Positions 37,689-51,070 of a stretch of DNA of 64,000 nucleotides are shown piece after piece. The notes beneath the pieces are model-generated. The model was not told the DNA's origin. It saw only the letters and a list, made by a program, of their open reading frames with translations, and did not search any database. This stretch comes from Octopus sinensis (taxonomy: Eukaryota): NCBI RefSeq assembly GCF_006345805.1, contig NC_043001.1, forward strand, positions 126,542,001 through 126,606,000. Reading direction: 5' to 3'. The position numbers and the translations under genes were made by a program. Position 1 is the first letter of the stretch. Every line of letters begins with the position of its first letter.

Positions 37689-38043
37689 GAAGTGAGAGAT
37701 AGAGTCAAAGATCTTCGAGAACACAACATAACTTTTGTTGTTTGATACGAATGCATGCTGGTTGAGCGAATAGTTCGCTAATCTGTTCCTATCTAATACG
37801 TATATTCTGTGTGTATCTAGGCGTCATATCTTGCTCCCCGTCTTTCTTTCTGTCCGTCTAATCTGCCAATATTTGTTTGTCCCTGTCTGTCTTTTTGTTT
37901 CTCGCCGATTCACTTATGCCCTCACTATGTTCTCTGTGTCTACATTTTTATCTGCCTTACGCACATATTCAGAGACCGTATCTCTGCAACACATGCGTAT
38001 ACAGACGCATGCACTCTTATAATACATGCATATATGCATGTGA

Positions 38044-38114
<71 letters not shown>

Positions 38115-38270
38115 GCATGAATATTTCGAAAAGCTATATTACCAACTTATGTTTACCTGCTACAAAATCTCCATACACATAAATACACACACACACACAC
38201 ACAGAGGCACGAACGCATAAACATATACATATATGTATATACTTTTATCAAAGCCGAAACTACCTTCACA

Positions 38271-38312
38271 AACTGTTACTCTGAGTTTCACGTTACCGTT
38301 CTTCGGACAACT
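38271..38312 (-). ncRNA. Type I hammerhead-like RNA with a CCGAAGA core (U4>C) and GUA site
   Basis: AGUUGU CCGAAGA ACG-GUAA-CGU GAA ACUC-A-GAGU A ACAGUU; all three helices pair. Confidence 0.7.
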
Positions 38313-39280
38313 GTAATCATTATGTATACTGTATGATCACAACTGTTCCACGAACGGTAACGTGAAGCTCTGGATAACAGTGTGTGAGGACTTTTTCAGA
38401 TTTAACAAAAGCATTCGAGTACTACTTTTTCCACCGCGTTTTGTATTTATGCGCTTTCTCGTGTATACATGTATACGTGTATACATAATTTCAACAGCTA
38501 TAGTACTAAGGCAACGTGGATATGACTAAATGAATCCGCAGACAAGTCACAATATGTTTAATACGCATACAACTATTGAAAATTGATCATGAATAATATA
38601 TAACGCTCTCGAGAATTTGAAGTGATAATGTGATCAACTAATTTCAGCGTCATTTAAAAACTGATTAGCGATCTCTTATATCAACATATATCTTTATATG
38701 ACTTTCATTTTCTTATTTATTCATAACAACACAGCTTTGGTTCTCTTGTTGTCTATTTCCAACAGTGATTATTTTGTTAATTTATTATATAAAAGTATAA
38801 TCCTCCATTATTTCATCTGGCTATAAGACATGATGCAGTTATTTAATTAAGACAAAACTAAACAGTCTAACCCTCACACCAGCTTGCTGAAACCTGTGTG
38901 GTTTTTTTATTTACATACACATGTATGAACGTGGTTTGCATTCAGCCCTCTGTGGTTTACCTCGAAAGTCTTCTCAAATATTAAAAAAAAATTTGGACCT
39001 ATAAAATATACGTTGAATACATTCGAAAATACCTATGGAAAAATATTAATTCACACCGAGGTTACGAACGGGTCTTTTACGAAATATTTACCGTATTTTT
39101 AAAGCCATTTTCACTTTAAAATATTTTTTAAATATGCCAAAAATTTTTTGTAATGGTTTTCACTTGAAAAGAAATTTTAGGTATACCAATATTTATATGG
39201 TATCCAACTGACGTACCAGTGAATTAGATGTTTAACACACCCCTTCGAAGGATTTCTTTTCGTCAGTTTCTTACTATATA

Positions 39281-39316
39281 TGTCCGAAGAACGGGGATGT
39301 GAAACTCTTAGTAACA
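39281..39316 (+). ncRNA. Second member of the CCGAAGA hammerhead-like family
   Basis: UGU CCGAAGA ACG-GGGA-UGU GAA ACU-CUU-AGU A ACA. Confidence 0.6.
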
Positions 39317-39429
39317 GCATTTTAAAAATATTTCTGCTGCTTTTAAATAAAGCATATTACACTACATCTGGTATTTGAGTACTCTTTTTTCCACCTTGTT
39401 TCACATTTATGTGCTTACTCCGGTATGTA

Positions 39430-39547
<118 letters not shown>

Positions 39548-39944
39548 GGCGTAAAATTTCGTAATACAAAATCTATCTTTCCATTGATTTCCTGGTTATC
39601 AGTAAAGATGCGCTCGGAACATTTTTTTTCTTTTATTTGCGACGTGAACAAAAAAAATGAAAGAAATAGTGTTTTTGCACGAAAAATTTAGTCTACAAAC
39701 GAAAAGTTGCAGAAAATGGAGAGAGAAAAATTACGCGATGAGAGATTGTCCGTGAAAAATTTTCACACTGAATATACAAGTGTTTAGTCTAACAATTATT
39801 TTACACGAGTTTCCATGATTACAGGCTACATCCTAAAATTTCTGCAGGCGTGGTTTTCAGGTTACCCATGTTGCGGAGTATGTATGTATGTATGTATGTA
39901 TGTATGTATGTATGTATGTATGTATGTATGTATGTATGTATGTA

Positions 39945-40420
39945 CACAAGCACCGGTTGCGTTGGACTGGACACCTTATTAGAATGGAGGATAGAAGGAT
40001 TCCTAAGCAGATCCTCTATGGAGAACTTGTGAATGGAAGGAGACTCCGGCAGAAACCAAGGCTGCGATTTAAGGACTGTGTCAAGTCCTCGTTAAAGGCC
40101 TTTCATATGCAGGACACTGACTGGGAGAACAATGCTTGTCATCGCCACTGATGGAGGAAGCAGGTTAAGGAGGGGATCGACACTTTTGAGAGAGCACGTA
40201 TCCAGCATGAAGAACTTAAGCGAGCTGCGCGAAAGCGCACGGCTCGTATAGTGAATGGGGAAAGCTTGGTCTGCAATGTTTGCAGTCGTGTATGCTTGTC
40301 AAGAGAAGGGCTCATTAGCCACCAACGGAGCCGCAAAGGCAAAATATAAGTTAGTCCTAGAGCGCACAATGTTCCTGAAGGTCGGCAATGGTCTTCCTCG
40401 GTCACGAGTGGACGACCATC
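39945..40420 (+). mobile_element. 5'-truncated RTE (BovB-like) LINE 3' end within (TATG)n
   Basis: HRLRWTGHLIRMEDRRIPKQILYGEL..GRR..KPRLRFKD...LVCNVCSRVCLSREGLISHQR (C-terminal zinc finger), short 3' UTR, TATG repeats on both sides. Confidence 0.9.
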
Positions 40421-40494
40421 ATGTATGTATGTATGTATGTATGTGTGTATGCGTGTGCATGTGTGTGTGTGTATGTGTGTGTGCAAAATGAGCA

Positions 40495-40820
40495 TGGCGT
40501 GTGGCTTATAGGTTAAGGTATTCGACGCACAGCCGTAAAGTCGTTAGTTCGATTCACGGCGGCAAGTTGTGACTTTGAGCAAAACATTTTATTTCACGTT
40601 GCTCCAGTCCACCCAGCAGGCAAAAAACGAGTAGTATCTGTATTTCAAAGGGCCAGTCTTGTCACATTCTGTGTCGTGCTGAATCTCCCTAAGAACTACG
40701 TTAAGGGCACACGTGTCTGTGGAGTGCTCAGCCACTTGTATGTTAATTTCAAGTGCAGGCTGTTCCGTTGATGGAGATCAACTGGAACTCTTGTCGTAGT
40801 AAGCGACGGAGAGCCAGTCA
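40495..40820 (+). mobile_element. tRNA-derived SINE, a further family
   Basis: Head ggcgtgtggcttataggttaaggtattcg...gttcgattc, followed by CORE-like gtgactttgagcaaaacattttatttcacgttgctccag. Confidence 0.65.
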
Positions 40821-41789
40821 AAATCAACAAAGTATAAATGACTGGCCTAGCATATTAAAATGAAGTACAAAACATAGGCTCCTGTTTCAGTGAGAAAAAG
40901 AACAACATTTGTCGGTACACGAATCCTGTAACTATCACTTGTCGGGTGACCGCATTACTAGTTATGATGCCAAGCGTAGGTAAGAAACTGTTTATAATTT
41001 AGTTTTATAAATATTACTATTACTTATGTAGACCAGTTCATTGGCCATAGCTATGTCACTTATTTCACAGATACGTCGCCATTCAGTTAACAATAGGAAA
41101 AGTAAGCTATTCTGTAACAGACGCCCGCCCATACCAATACATACACACATTCATATATGTCGGTACATCTATGCATAGTGGCTAGAGTGGCATATACACG
41201 CGCGAGCGCATATGTGTGTATGTACATATACGAAAATTAGCCAGGATATTTATAGTTATGTAGTGGTTAACATACTTATTAGTAGGGAGCCAAATATGAT
41301 TGTATTTAATTAATAATTACATATACAATGAATGAAAAATTGGAAAAAATATAGCATCAATGAATTGGTGTATGCAATTGAAGTATTATTAAATTAAAAC
41401 AGCCATCTAAGCATCATATTTAATGTATACATATTGCTGACAGGCAAAATACTGCGGTTTTAATAATACGAAATTTGAAGCCTCTGATATATATAAGAAA
41501 TAATGGTTGATATATTCAATGATATTGCGAATAGACGCCGGGCTGAATAAAAACACTGTGTATGCAATTGAGGTGGTATTAAACTTAAAGAAAACCATCT
41601 ATGTTTCATCTTTAACATATATGTATCTTCACAGTTAAGGTATTGAGGTTTACGTCTGAGAAATTTTTTTATCACGGACGATAACTCCGACATGTATTTA
41701 TTTTACATTGACTGATGCTGAGCCTAATATTTGATAAATACACTAATAACATCGACAGGTTTTGAACCTGAAACCACGTGGTTTTAATT

Positions 41790-42185
41790 TTTATCCTATT
41801 CTTTCAGTCCTTGGACTGTTTATGCTGGAGCATCAGTTTGAAGGGTTTCGTCGAACAAATCTACCCTAGTATATATTATGTTAAACTCTAGTATTATGTT
41901 AAACTCTTATTCTATCGGTTGCTTTTACCGCACCGCTATTTCTACAGTGACGTAAACAAACCAGCACCGGTTGTCAAGCTGTGTTGGGGCACACACAGAC
42001 ACACACTCATACACACTTACATACACATATACGACGGGCTTCCACACAGTTCTCATCAAACCCATTCAACAGGAATTCGTCGGCCCAGGGCTATAACAGA
42101 AGATACATGCCCATGGTAGTACACGGAATGACTGAACCTCAAAACTCGCGGCTGGAAAGCAATCTTCATAGACACACAGCCATGA
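41790..42185 (-). mobile_element. SINE family A, diverged
   Basis: Both halves are recognisable. Confidence 0.8.
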
Positions 42186-43154
42186 CTGCGATTGTGTGTT
42201 TATATTAATGTCTCTATGCATGGATTCTTACAATAAATATTTAAGATGACATATATATTATATATATTTTTGCGTATGATAGTCTATATGTATTGCCATC
42301 TATATATGTGTATGTGATAAAACGTTTGAGGGCGAATATGCTTTTTTTATGTACGGTGACAAATTATAGCGGAAATGGCACCAAGAAAACAGAACCACCC
42401 ACCAATTAAAAACAACTTGCCAAAGCTTACATAGGGAATGTGATTACAGGATCCCACCTCAAGTGACACGTGAATACACACACACACAAGGACGGGGGAC
42501 ACACACACACACACGCACACAAATACATATATGTGTGTGTGTGCGTGTACATGTATATATGTATGTATGTTTGTATGTATGTACATATATGATACATATA
42601 TATGCATACATGTGTATATATATATATATACATATATACATATATATATATGTATGTATGTATGTATGTATATAAATATATATATATGTATGTGTGTATA
42701 GATATGCCTGTGTGTGTGTTTGAGAGAGAGAGAGAGAAAGAGAAACTGAGCGTTACACCTTATACAATAGTATTTCTATTGACAACTGCCTTCTTTTGTG
42801 GTCATAGCTATTAAGTTGTAATTTGAACTCGGAGAACGAGAACCCTCTGGCGTTTAACGGTGCACAAAATAAGATCGTATCGCAGCATTGGTGGCCGTTG
42901 ACTGGTTAGATGCTTAGAAAGAGATAGATAGATAAATAGATAGTTAGATAGATAGATAGAGAGAGAGAGAGAGAAAGAAGGAGTTCGACAGACACACAAG
43001 TGTGTATGTATGTATCCACACGCACGCACACACTCACAAGCGCATACGCGCGCACATACATAGAAGGTAGCCCCAAAACAAGTACACGTTTGAAAATTTG
43101 AAAGAAAATAAATAATAAGTAAAATAAAAATATAAAATAATTGCTTAAGTATAG

Positions 43155-43316
43155 GCATGGCTGTGTGATAAGAATCTTGCTTCCCAATTGCATGATTCTC
43201 GGTTCAAACCCACTGTGTGACTCCTTAGGTAAGTGCCCTCCACAATAGTCTTGGGCCGATCTGAGCCTTGTGGACTTGTGAATGGATTTGTAAATAGAAA
43301 CTGAAAGAAGCCCTTA

Positions 43317-43320
<4 letters not shown>
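43155..43320 (+). mobile_element. SINE family A, 5' half (3' part resumes at ~44150-44250)
   Basis: ggcatggctgtgtgataagaatcttgcttcccaa... Confidence 0.8.
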
Positions 43321-43361
<41 letters not shown>

Positions 43362-43466
43362 AATATATATCTATATATATTTATGTATGTATGTATGTAT
43401 GTATGTATGTATGTATGTATGTATGTATGTATGTATGTATGTATATATGTATGTATGTATGTATGT

Positions 43467-44020
43467 CATGTCACTTTCGAGTGCTACTGGTAACATGTAA
43501 TCCAGTACAACCTGTTGCATGGTCGGGTCGTCGTCGACTAAAACGGCAGCCCCACCAAGCTTGCTTGGTGAGGAGGGTGTTTATTGGACACCCTGCGGGA
43601 GGAAAAACAAAACCCGTCAAAGGGCGGAGAAACTCTTGAGAGTCAACGGCCATCCAATATATATGTCTTAAGGATGTATCATGCGCGGGGACATAGAAAT
43701 AATCGGACTGAATACCCGATCACGCGGTTAAACTATTGGGAGTGAAGGACTTCTAACCTTTGTTAGGGCATCCTTCTAGGAGAAGGTAACTCAGGTAACT
43801 GGGATAACTCCGGCATAAATCTGCGGCTCAGTGGTTACCGATGATGTTGACTTGTTCTTCTTTTCGGATTATGACTGCTGTTGCTTAGTGAGTGGGATTG
43901 ACTCAGTGCACAGCCTTTCCTCACTTTAAAAAAAAATCTTCTTGCACAGCCATTGCACGATAACAACATTGATTAAGCTTCGTGCAATAGCCATACTCGA
44001 TAACGAGGGGGCAGCCACCA
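43467..44020 (+). mobile_element. ~554-bp non-coding RTE-related element in (TATG)n
   Basis: Contains the RTE-5'-UTR-like motif ctaggagaaggtaactc; 3' end ctcgataacgagggggcagccaccatg resembles ctcggtcacgagtggacgaccatcatg at 40398-40423. Confidence 0.55.
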
Positions 44021-44299
44021 TGTATGTATGTGTGTGTATGTATGTATGTATGTATGTATGTATGTATGTATGTATGTATGTATGTATTATGTATGTATGT
44101 ATGTATGTATGTATGTATGTATGTATGTGTGTGTGTTTGTGTGTCTTTGTTCTATGTTTGTCCCACTATCACCGCTTGACAACCAGATTTAGGGTGTTTA
44201 CGTCCCCGTTATTTAGCGGTTCGGCAAAAGCGGCCGATAGAAATAAGTAATTTGGAATTGCGATGAGAACAAAAGCAGCCCCAGTTTTTGTAAACCCAG

Positions 44300-44663
44300 T
44301 AATGGGGTATTTCGAATTGACTGTATATCAAGTATCCCTTCAAAATATGGACACTCCTATTTCCTATATATAAGAGAGGATTGGAAATGATGTCGGGCTG
44401 ACTGCTTTATCATTTGGAATAAAAGTATTGATAAACTATTCAAACTGAATTCACTGCTCAGCGGTATAAATACCAACATCCAATTCACAATGGAATACAG
44501 CAAAGAGGAATTTCCATTTTTTGATATTTTAATAAAAGAAATGTTAACATTCAAATTGAAAACTATAAACCTATAGACTCTAAGCAATATTCTGCTCATG
44601 TCACTCGAAACAATTCAAAATATATGTTTTTTGTGTGTGTGTGTGTGTGTATGTGTGTGTGTA

Positions 44664-44710
<47 letters not shown>

Positions 44711-45410
44711 ATGTGTGTATGTAATTCAGCGAAAACAATTTGCTCAGATAGTGTCGAGAGACATTACCCACCTTTACTTACAAATGATTGAATAAAACGT
44801 GCCAAGAGGATTGATGCCCAGACGCCAAGAGAAGTAAGACGAAATAATACACCCGATTTTTAAAAACGCTACCCTATACATCTACCTGCACCTAGAAACA
44901 ATGAAGCATATAACACCATCATTCAAAATTTACCTACGCTTACTAGGGACCCTAAAATGAATCAAATTCTTTGCACTCACAAAATTCATCAAAATAGAAA
45001 AAAAAAACAAGCAAAATCACGAAAGAGAATATTGACATATGCAAAATTATAGCCAACAACAACAGAACCAAGAGTTGCAGAAAGTGGGAGACCTAATTGA
45101 GGTACAAATTCCAACTTACTTGAATGTTCGGATTTACATTTTAGATAGGAGCAAAGATTCAAAATAAGATTGAGTTTACCTGTACATCCAAAAACTTTAT
45201 CTACGTTATACTTTATTCAGGATGCGGACACAACTATATAGGCCAAACAAGAATGTCTTTCAAATGAAGATCACCGCATAAAGACATGCGGGAAATCTCC
45301 CATCAAACATCAAAATTTTCCCTATTTACCAATGCAGTAGCACAACCTCTGTACAACAACAGTTAAATGAAGAAAAATATCAACAGTGGGTGAATATGAA
45401 TATATAACCA
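44300..45410 (+). pseudogene. Penelope-like element RT and GIY-YIG fragment, interrupted by (TG)n at 44633-44720
   Basis: DCFIIWNKSIDKL...NTNIQFTMEYSKEEFPFFDILIK (PLE RT); FTCTSKNFIYVILYSGCGHNYIGQT (GIY-YIG). Confidence 0.88.
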
Positions 45411-45884
45411 ATTTTGAAAAATAAAATATTTTTAGTTCATAAATATATATCTTTTTATTCTACATATATTTCACTTTTTATGTGTGCATGCATGTATGTA
45501 TGTATGTATGTATGTATGTATGTATGTATGTATGTATGTATGTATGTATGTAGGCAAATTTTAAACATACGTACATGCACACACAAAGACGAATATAAAT
45601 AAAGATGTGTGCATATGTGTTCGTGCTTGCGATTCGTACATATAAATACGTATACTTATATTAATTTATATATATATATATAGCACATTCTTACTCAAAT
45701 ACAAATGAATTTATATTCACATGCAGTACACTCATAATGACATTCAATATATGAGTACTTCAAGTGTCACTGTACTGGCCAAAGTTATTAACCAGAAGCC
45801 TGAATTTACTTACGTTAGCGCCCCTACGTCATGAAATGAAATATAGATAGTTCCAGTTCAGAGGGTGCAGATGAGCGTTTCGAG

Positions 45885-45924
<40 letters not shown>

Positions 45925-46044
45925 GAACAAAATACATATGTGTGTGTGTTTTTATATATATGTATATACGTCTATATATGTATTTATATATGCATGTATG
46001 TATGTTCATATACATATATACATATATAAACAGACAGACAGACG

Positions 46045-46082
<38 letters not shown>

Positions 46083-46189
46083 CGGAAATTGTTCTTTAGA
46101 GAGAGGAGATGTGCTAGAGAGTGGTTTTTGACACGTAAACATCTACACAAACATATTACATGGACATACAGATACAGAACCTCTGGCAC

Positions 46190-46312
46190 ACACACACCGC
46201 CATGCGTTTACACCGACGTACAACTATACACACAGACACCACACACACACACACACCGCCATGCGTTTACACCGACGTACAACTATACACACAGACACAC
46301 ACACACACACAC
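46190..46312. repeat. Tandem duplication of ~58 bp bounded by (CA)n
   Basis: ccgccatgcgtttacaccgacgtacaactatacacacagacac occurs twice. Confidence 0.9.
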
Positions 46313-46838
46313 ACTACAGAACAAAGAAGCCGGAGTTTTGAAGTGCATATATGTTTGTACCTATCCGCAGGGTATTTTTCAGTGCTTTTGAAATTTCAGT
46401 TTCTATGCATGCATGCTTACATATGTCTATACGTAGAAGATGTGTGTTTATGTTTATCGGCATGAAGTGTCAGAACAGTGAGTGGCACAGGTTTTATAAA
46501 GTATATATATGCTGTATATGTCATTATGTCAGTTGGCTGACATGACTTATTTCTACGTTTCCTGAACGGTGTGAAAATGGAGACATTTTGTTTTTGAAGT
46601 TTTACAACGGTTAATCAGTTACAATTACCCCCCTTTCACACTAACACTTCTCCACATTTTTGCCTTCATTTCCATGTTGTTGTTTAGTCCAGGCACCCTC
46701 AACCACCGAGCTGTAGACCATCACCGGAACGCACAGAAAGAATAAGATTTTAAATTTTATTTCTATTTGATTGACTATCGCAGTTTGCGGAATGTTTTGC
46801 ATTATATATGTATTATATAATTGATATATGTATTATAA

Positions 46839-47052
46839 GGCGGCGAGCTGACAGATCCATTAGCACGCCGGGCAAAATGCTTAATGGCTATTCGTCCATC
46901 TTTACGTTCTGAGTTCAAATTCTGCCGAGGTCAACTTTGTCTTTTAACCTTTCGGGGTCGATAAAATAAATACCAGTTGAACACTGGGGTCGATTTAATC
47001 GACTGACCCCTCCTACAAACCTGCTGGCCTTCTAGCAAAATTTGAGACCAAT
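46839..47052 (+). mobile_element. SINE family B variant (alternative 3' tail) with a 15-bp TSD
   Basis: TSD atatatgtattataa at 46824-46838 and 47053-47067. Confidence 0.88.
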
Positions 47053-47728
47053 ATATATGTATTATAAATGTAATAGTTTAACTACATACTATGCCCTTTA
47101 TTACGTTTTGTTATGCACGAGGTCCCACGATTCGTGGAAAAAATGTTTCACTTCGAACCTGTCCTTGGTGCAAAAATGGTTGGTAATCGTTGATTTAGTT
47201 CCATCATTTGAATACTGACAAACCGGACCTTCAATTAGAGCCGTTCCAGTAATGAACATCACATCATTTTAGGGAGATTTTGGGACTATTTTCACAATGC
47301 TAGTCCTGATCCCTGTACTATGAAATATTAGCGTCGTTATCCACTATTCCAAATTATTAACAAAACCACCCACCTACATCATTACTGCTTATGGAATTCT
47401 TCAGATGGGCAGGGTTGTCCATACATGGTAGGGTGTGGACCAAAACATTGGCAACATCATCTTCTAAGACATCTAGACATATATAACGAAATAAGGTAAG
47501 TAGTTACCGTATTTGAAGGAGTATAAGTCTCACATTTTCCTAAAAAGCTATCTAAAAAAGCACCCTGGGTCCTATATGCGAAGTTTGACCTCCTATAAGC
47601 TTTACTGCCAAAAAACAAAAATATATTTTTCGTTGAATGTGCTGTAGAAAATGAGGTGTGTCTAATATGTTTGTGTACCTTTTATGCCTTGTAGTGCGGT
47701 AAATAAAAGTTGTAGCTTCATTCGGCAT

Positions 47729-47960
47729 AACTAAATAAAACATGTATCTAAATTAGATTTGTAGTTAAAAAGAAGGATGTAGCTTTATAAAGATATGTAG
47801 CTAAATGAAACATGTACATGAAGATATTGCTCCGTAGGATATGTAGCTAGATAAAAGATGTATCTCAATAATACATGTAAATAAAAGAAACAACTTCATA
47901 TGACGTAGCTAAATTAAATATTCTACCTGAATATAACATGTAGTTAAAGAAGACATGTGG
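47729..47960. repeat. Degenerate ~20-bp minisatellite (atgtagctaaataaaag-like)
   Basis: Recurrent atgtagct/atgtagtt cores. Confidence 0.7.
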
Positions 47961-48246
47961 CACTATTATTTTTCTGGAGAGACATTACTCGTGGGGTTAT
48001 GTCGTTCGGAGATCAGCGAGTCCCTCCAAGGTCAAGTCACTCTTTCTCCACCTTCAGAGGTCACAGCTCCATCAGAACTCCAGTAATATGGACATGTGAT
48101 TAGAACTTCGTAGGAAAGACTCAAAAAACGAAGTATTCAAGCCGAGCCATGTGCACAGAAGAGCTACAGGTAGAGCAACACTGAAAAGGTTGGCTGGTGT
48201 GCCATTGTTGCAGTAGGTCACGCTTGAAAATCCAGCCGGAGATTCA

Positions 48247-48705
48247 TATTTCTTTATTGCCCACAAGGGGCTAAACACAGAGGGGACGAACAAGGACAGA
48301 CAAACGGATTAAGTCGATTACATCGACTCCAGTGCGTAACTGGTTTGTCCCCTCTGTGTTTAGCCCCTTGTGGGTAATAAAGAAATAGGTACTTAATTTA
48401 TCGACCCCAAAAGGATGAAAGGCAAAGTCGACCTCGGCGGAATTTGGACTCGAACGTAGCGGCAGACGAAATACCTATTTCTTTATTACCCACAAGGGGC
48501 TAAACACAGAGGGAACAAACAAGGACAGACATAGGTATTAAGTCGATTACATCGATCCCAGTTCGTAACTGGTACTTAATTTATCGACCCCGAAAGGATG
48601 AAAGGCAAAGTCGACCTCGGCGGAATTTGAACCCACAACGTAACGCACACGAAATACCGCTATGCATTTCGCCTGGCGTGCTAACGATTCTGCCAGCTCA
48701 CCGCC
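48247..48705 (-). mobile_element. Composite of nested and partly inverted SINE family B copies
   Basis: Tail, inverted tail, body, then a second full body and head. Confidence 0.85.
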
Positions 48706-50180
48706 CTCCAGTCGGAGATTCTAATGGTGGTTACTTTTAATAGGATTCCATGGAAGAAGTGCCTGAAAACTCTACCCCAAATACTCTACCCCTGAAACAG
48801 AGGGCAGAACAGATGAATGGATGGATGGGTGAATGGAGACTGATTTTCGAAGTAAATTGCTTCTTATGATAGGTAATCTAAATATTCTGAAACTCAAGAT
48901 TCGTATATCATGCGGTCACAGAATCGGTAGACTGCCAGACTAAAACCCTTGCTGTATCTAGCTACGTTGAAATCGATTAAAGGAGTATCATATCGATTAA
49001 ATCGACACCACTTTTCGCCCGATTCAGTTAGCTACAACCCTCGAACTCATCTTTATTCTAATAATTGTTTTTAGCATACGTAAAAGGTCTGAAATTTGGT
49101 GCAAGTGGTTATTCGATGAAAACAGATTCCAGTAAATGGACGATTTTTTTTTCTTGATCTCGAAAGGATGAAAAGCTAAGTTGACTCCAGCAGAATTTGA
49201 ATTCAGAATGTTAACAACCGGAAAAATTACTGCAATGCATTTTGTCCGATATTCTAATGAATCTGCCAACCTACCACCTTTATATATATGTTTATAGTTA
49301 AAAGGATGTATTTTCAAAAGTAACTACAAAAATTTTCTAAACAAAAATAAAAAAAATTAAAGGGTATAGCATGTTTACCTTCTTTCTACTATACTCACAA
49401 ACCCTGAAACTTTTGGGGAGGGGATTAGTCGATTACATCGACTCAAGTACTTATTTTAACAACCCTGAAAAGCAAGCTCGCCCTCAGTGAAATTTAAACT
49501 CAGAAGGTAAATCCGGAAGAAATACCTTTAAGCATTTTGTCCTGTGAGATAACAATTTTGCCAGATCGCTACTTTACAGTGCGTACAGTATTGAATCTTC
49601 TTACTTGTGTTTTTTCTGTATTTATGTATCGATATCGGAATGTCGAGGATGTGACAGCCGAAAGAAGAGAGAGGAACTCAAAATTCTCAGCTGAAGGGAG
49701 GAACTCGCGGCTAAGCAAAAATAACAATAATTGCGAGAACAAGCAAGGGAATTTGTATGTGGTTCCTCGACATGATAATTACATCGGAATGCTTCAGTCA
49801 TAGATTGGTGTGCTCAACAGATTCTCACCTATGACTAAATAGAAGCAAAATAAAATGTTTTAAATCAGTAAAAGAATTGATAAAATTCGTTGTTTTGTTT
49901 TTTATTTGTTTCAGTCTTTGAATTGCGATTTGCAGTGTTTTAACGAAGCGAATCAATCCTAGTACTTATTTTTTGAAGTTTGGTACTTTTTCTATCGGTT
50001 TATTTATTTATTTTTTTTTTGCAGAACTGCTAAGTTACGGGGATGTAAGCAAAGCAAAACCGGTTTTCAAGCGGCGATGGGTACAGACGCAAACATTTAG
50101 ACACACTAGGTTCACACACACATAGATATATACGTACATACACGCACACATGCACACACACACTCACATACACATACGTG

Positions 50181-50226
<46 letters not shown>

Positions 50227-50300
50227 GTATGTATGTGTATGTGTGTGTGTGTGTATATATGTATGTCTATATATATATGCGTGTGTGTGTGTATCACATA

Positions 50301-50680
50301 TGTGGTTGCGTGATAAGAAACTTGCTCCGCAAAGACATTGTTCTGGGTTCAGTCCCACTGTGTGGTACCTTGAACAAGTGTCTTCTGCTAGAGCCCCAGG
50401 CTGACCAAAGTCTTGTGAGTGGATTTGGTAGACGAAAACTGAAGGAAGCCCGTCGCATGTGTGTGTGTGTGTGTGTGTCTGTCTGTCTGTCTGTCTCCAA
50501 ACAAGCACTTCACAACCAATGTTGGTATACATAAGTCCCCGTAACTTAGCGGTTCGGCAAAAGAGACGGTAGAATACGCACTAGGCTTACAAAGAATAAA
50601 TCTTGGGATCGATTTCTTTGCCTAAAAGACAGTGCTCCTACACCGCCGCGGTCACATGACTGAAACAAGTAAAAGAATAA
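50301..50680 (+). mobile_element. SINE family A
   Basis: Both halves are recognisable. Confidence 0.85.
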
Positions 50681-50919
50681 AACAAAATCATACAGACATG
50701 TATGTGTGCATGCATGCATACATATATGTATGCACGCGCACGCATACACACAATACATACATACATACATACATGCATACATACATACGTGCATACGTGC
50801 ATGCATACATACATATATAAATACATACATGCATACATACATGCATACATACATACATACATACATACATACATACATGCATGCATGCATACATACATAC
50901 ATACATGCATGCATGCATG

Positions 50920-51070
50920 AGGGGCTGACTTCAGTTTCAGTCTACCAAATCTATTCACAAGGTCTGGCACTATAGTAGAAACACATGCCCAAAGTTCCAC
51001 GCAGTGGAACTGAACCCAGAACCACATGGCCGGGAAGCAAAATTCGTAACACATAACCATACCTGCACCT
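50920..51070 (-). mobile_element. SINE family A, 5' half
   Basis: ttcagtttcagtctaccaaat...gcagtggaactgaaccc. Confidence 0.75.

Noticed and set aside
41368-41650. Diverged ~190-bp direct repeat
   Set aside because: Old, AT-rich and without recognisable coding or structural signal.
43481-43546. HDV-like ribozyme at the 5' end of the RTE-related element (GUGCUAC/GUUGCAU, GG, short P4, CUAA)
   Set aside because: I could not build P2, and P3 is not adjacent to P1; it reads better as a simple long hairpin. A covariance-model search on the family consensus would settle it.
47990-48235. LINE RT C-terminal-like remnant (LQ*YGHVIRTS...)
   Set aside because: Similarity is too weak and stop-ridden to call.
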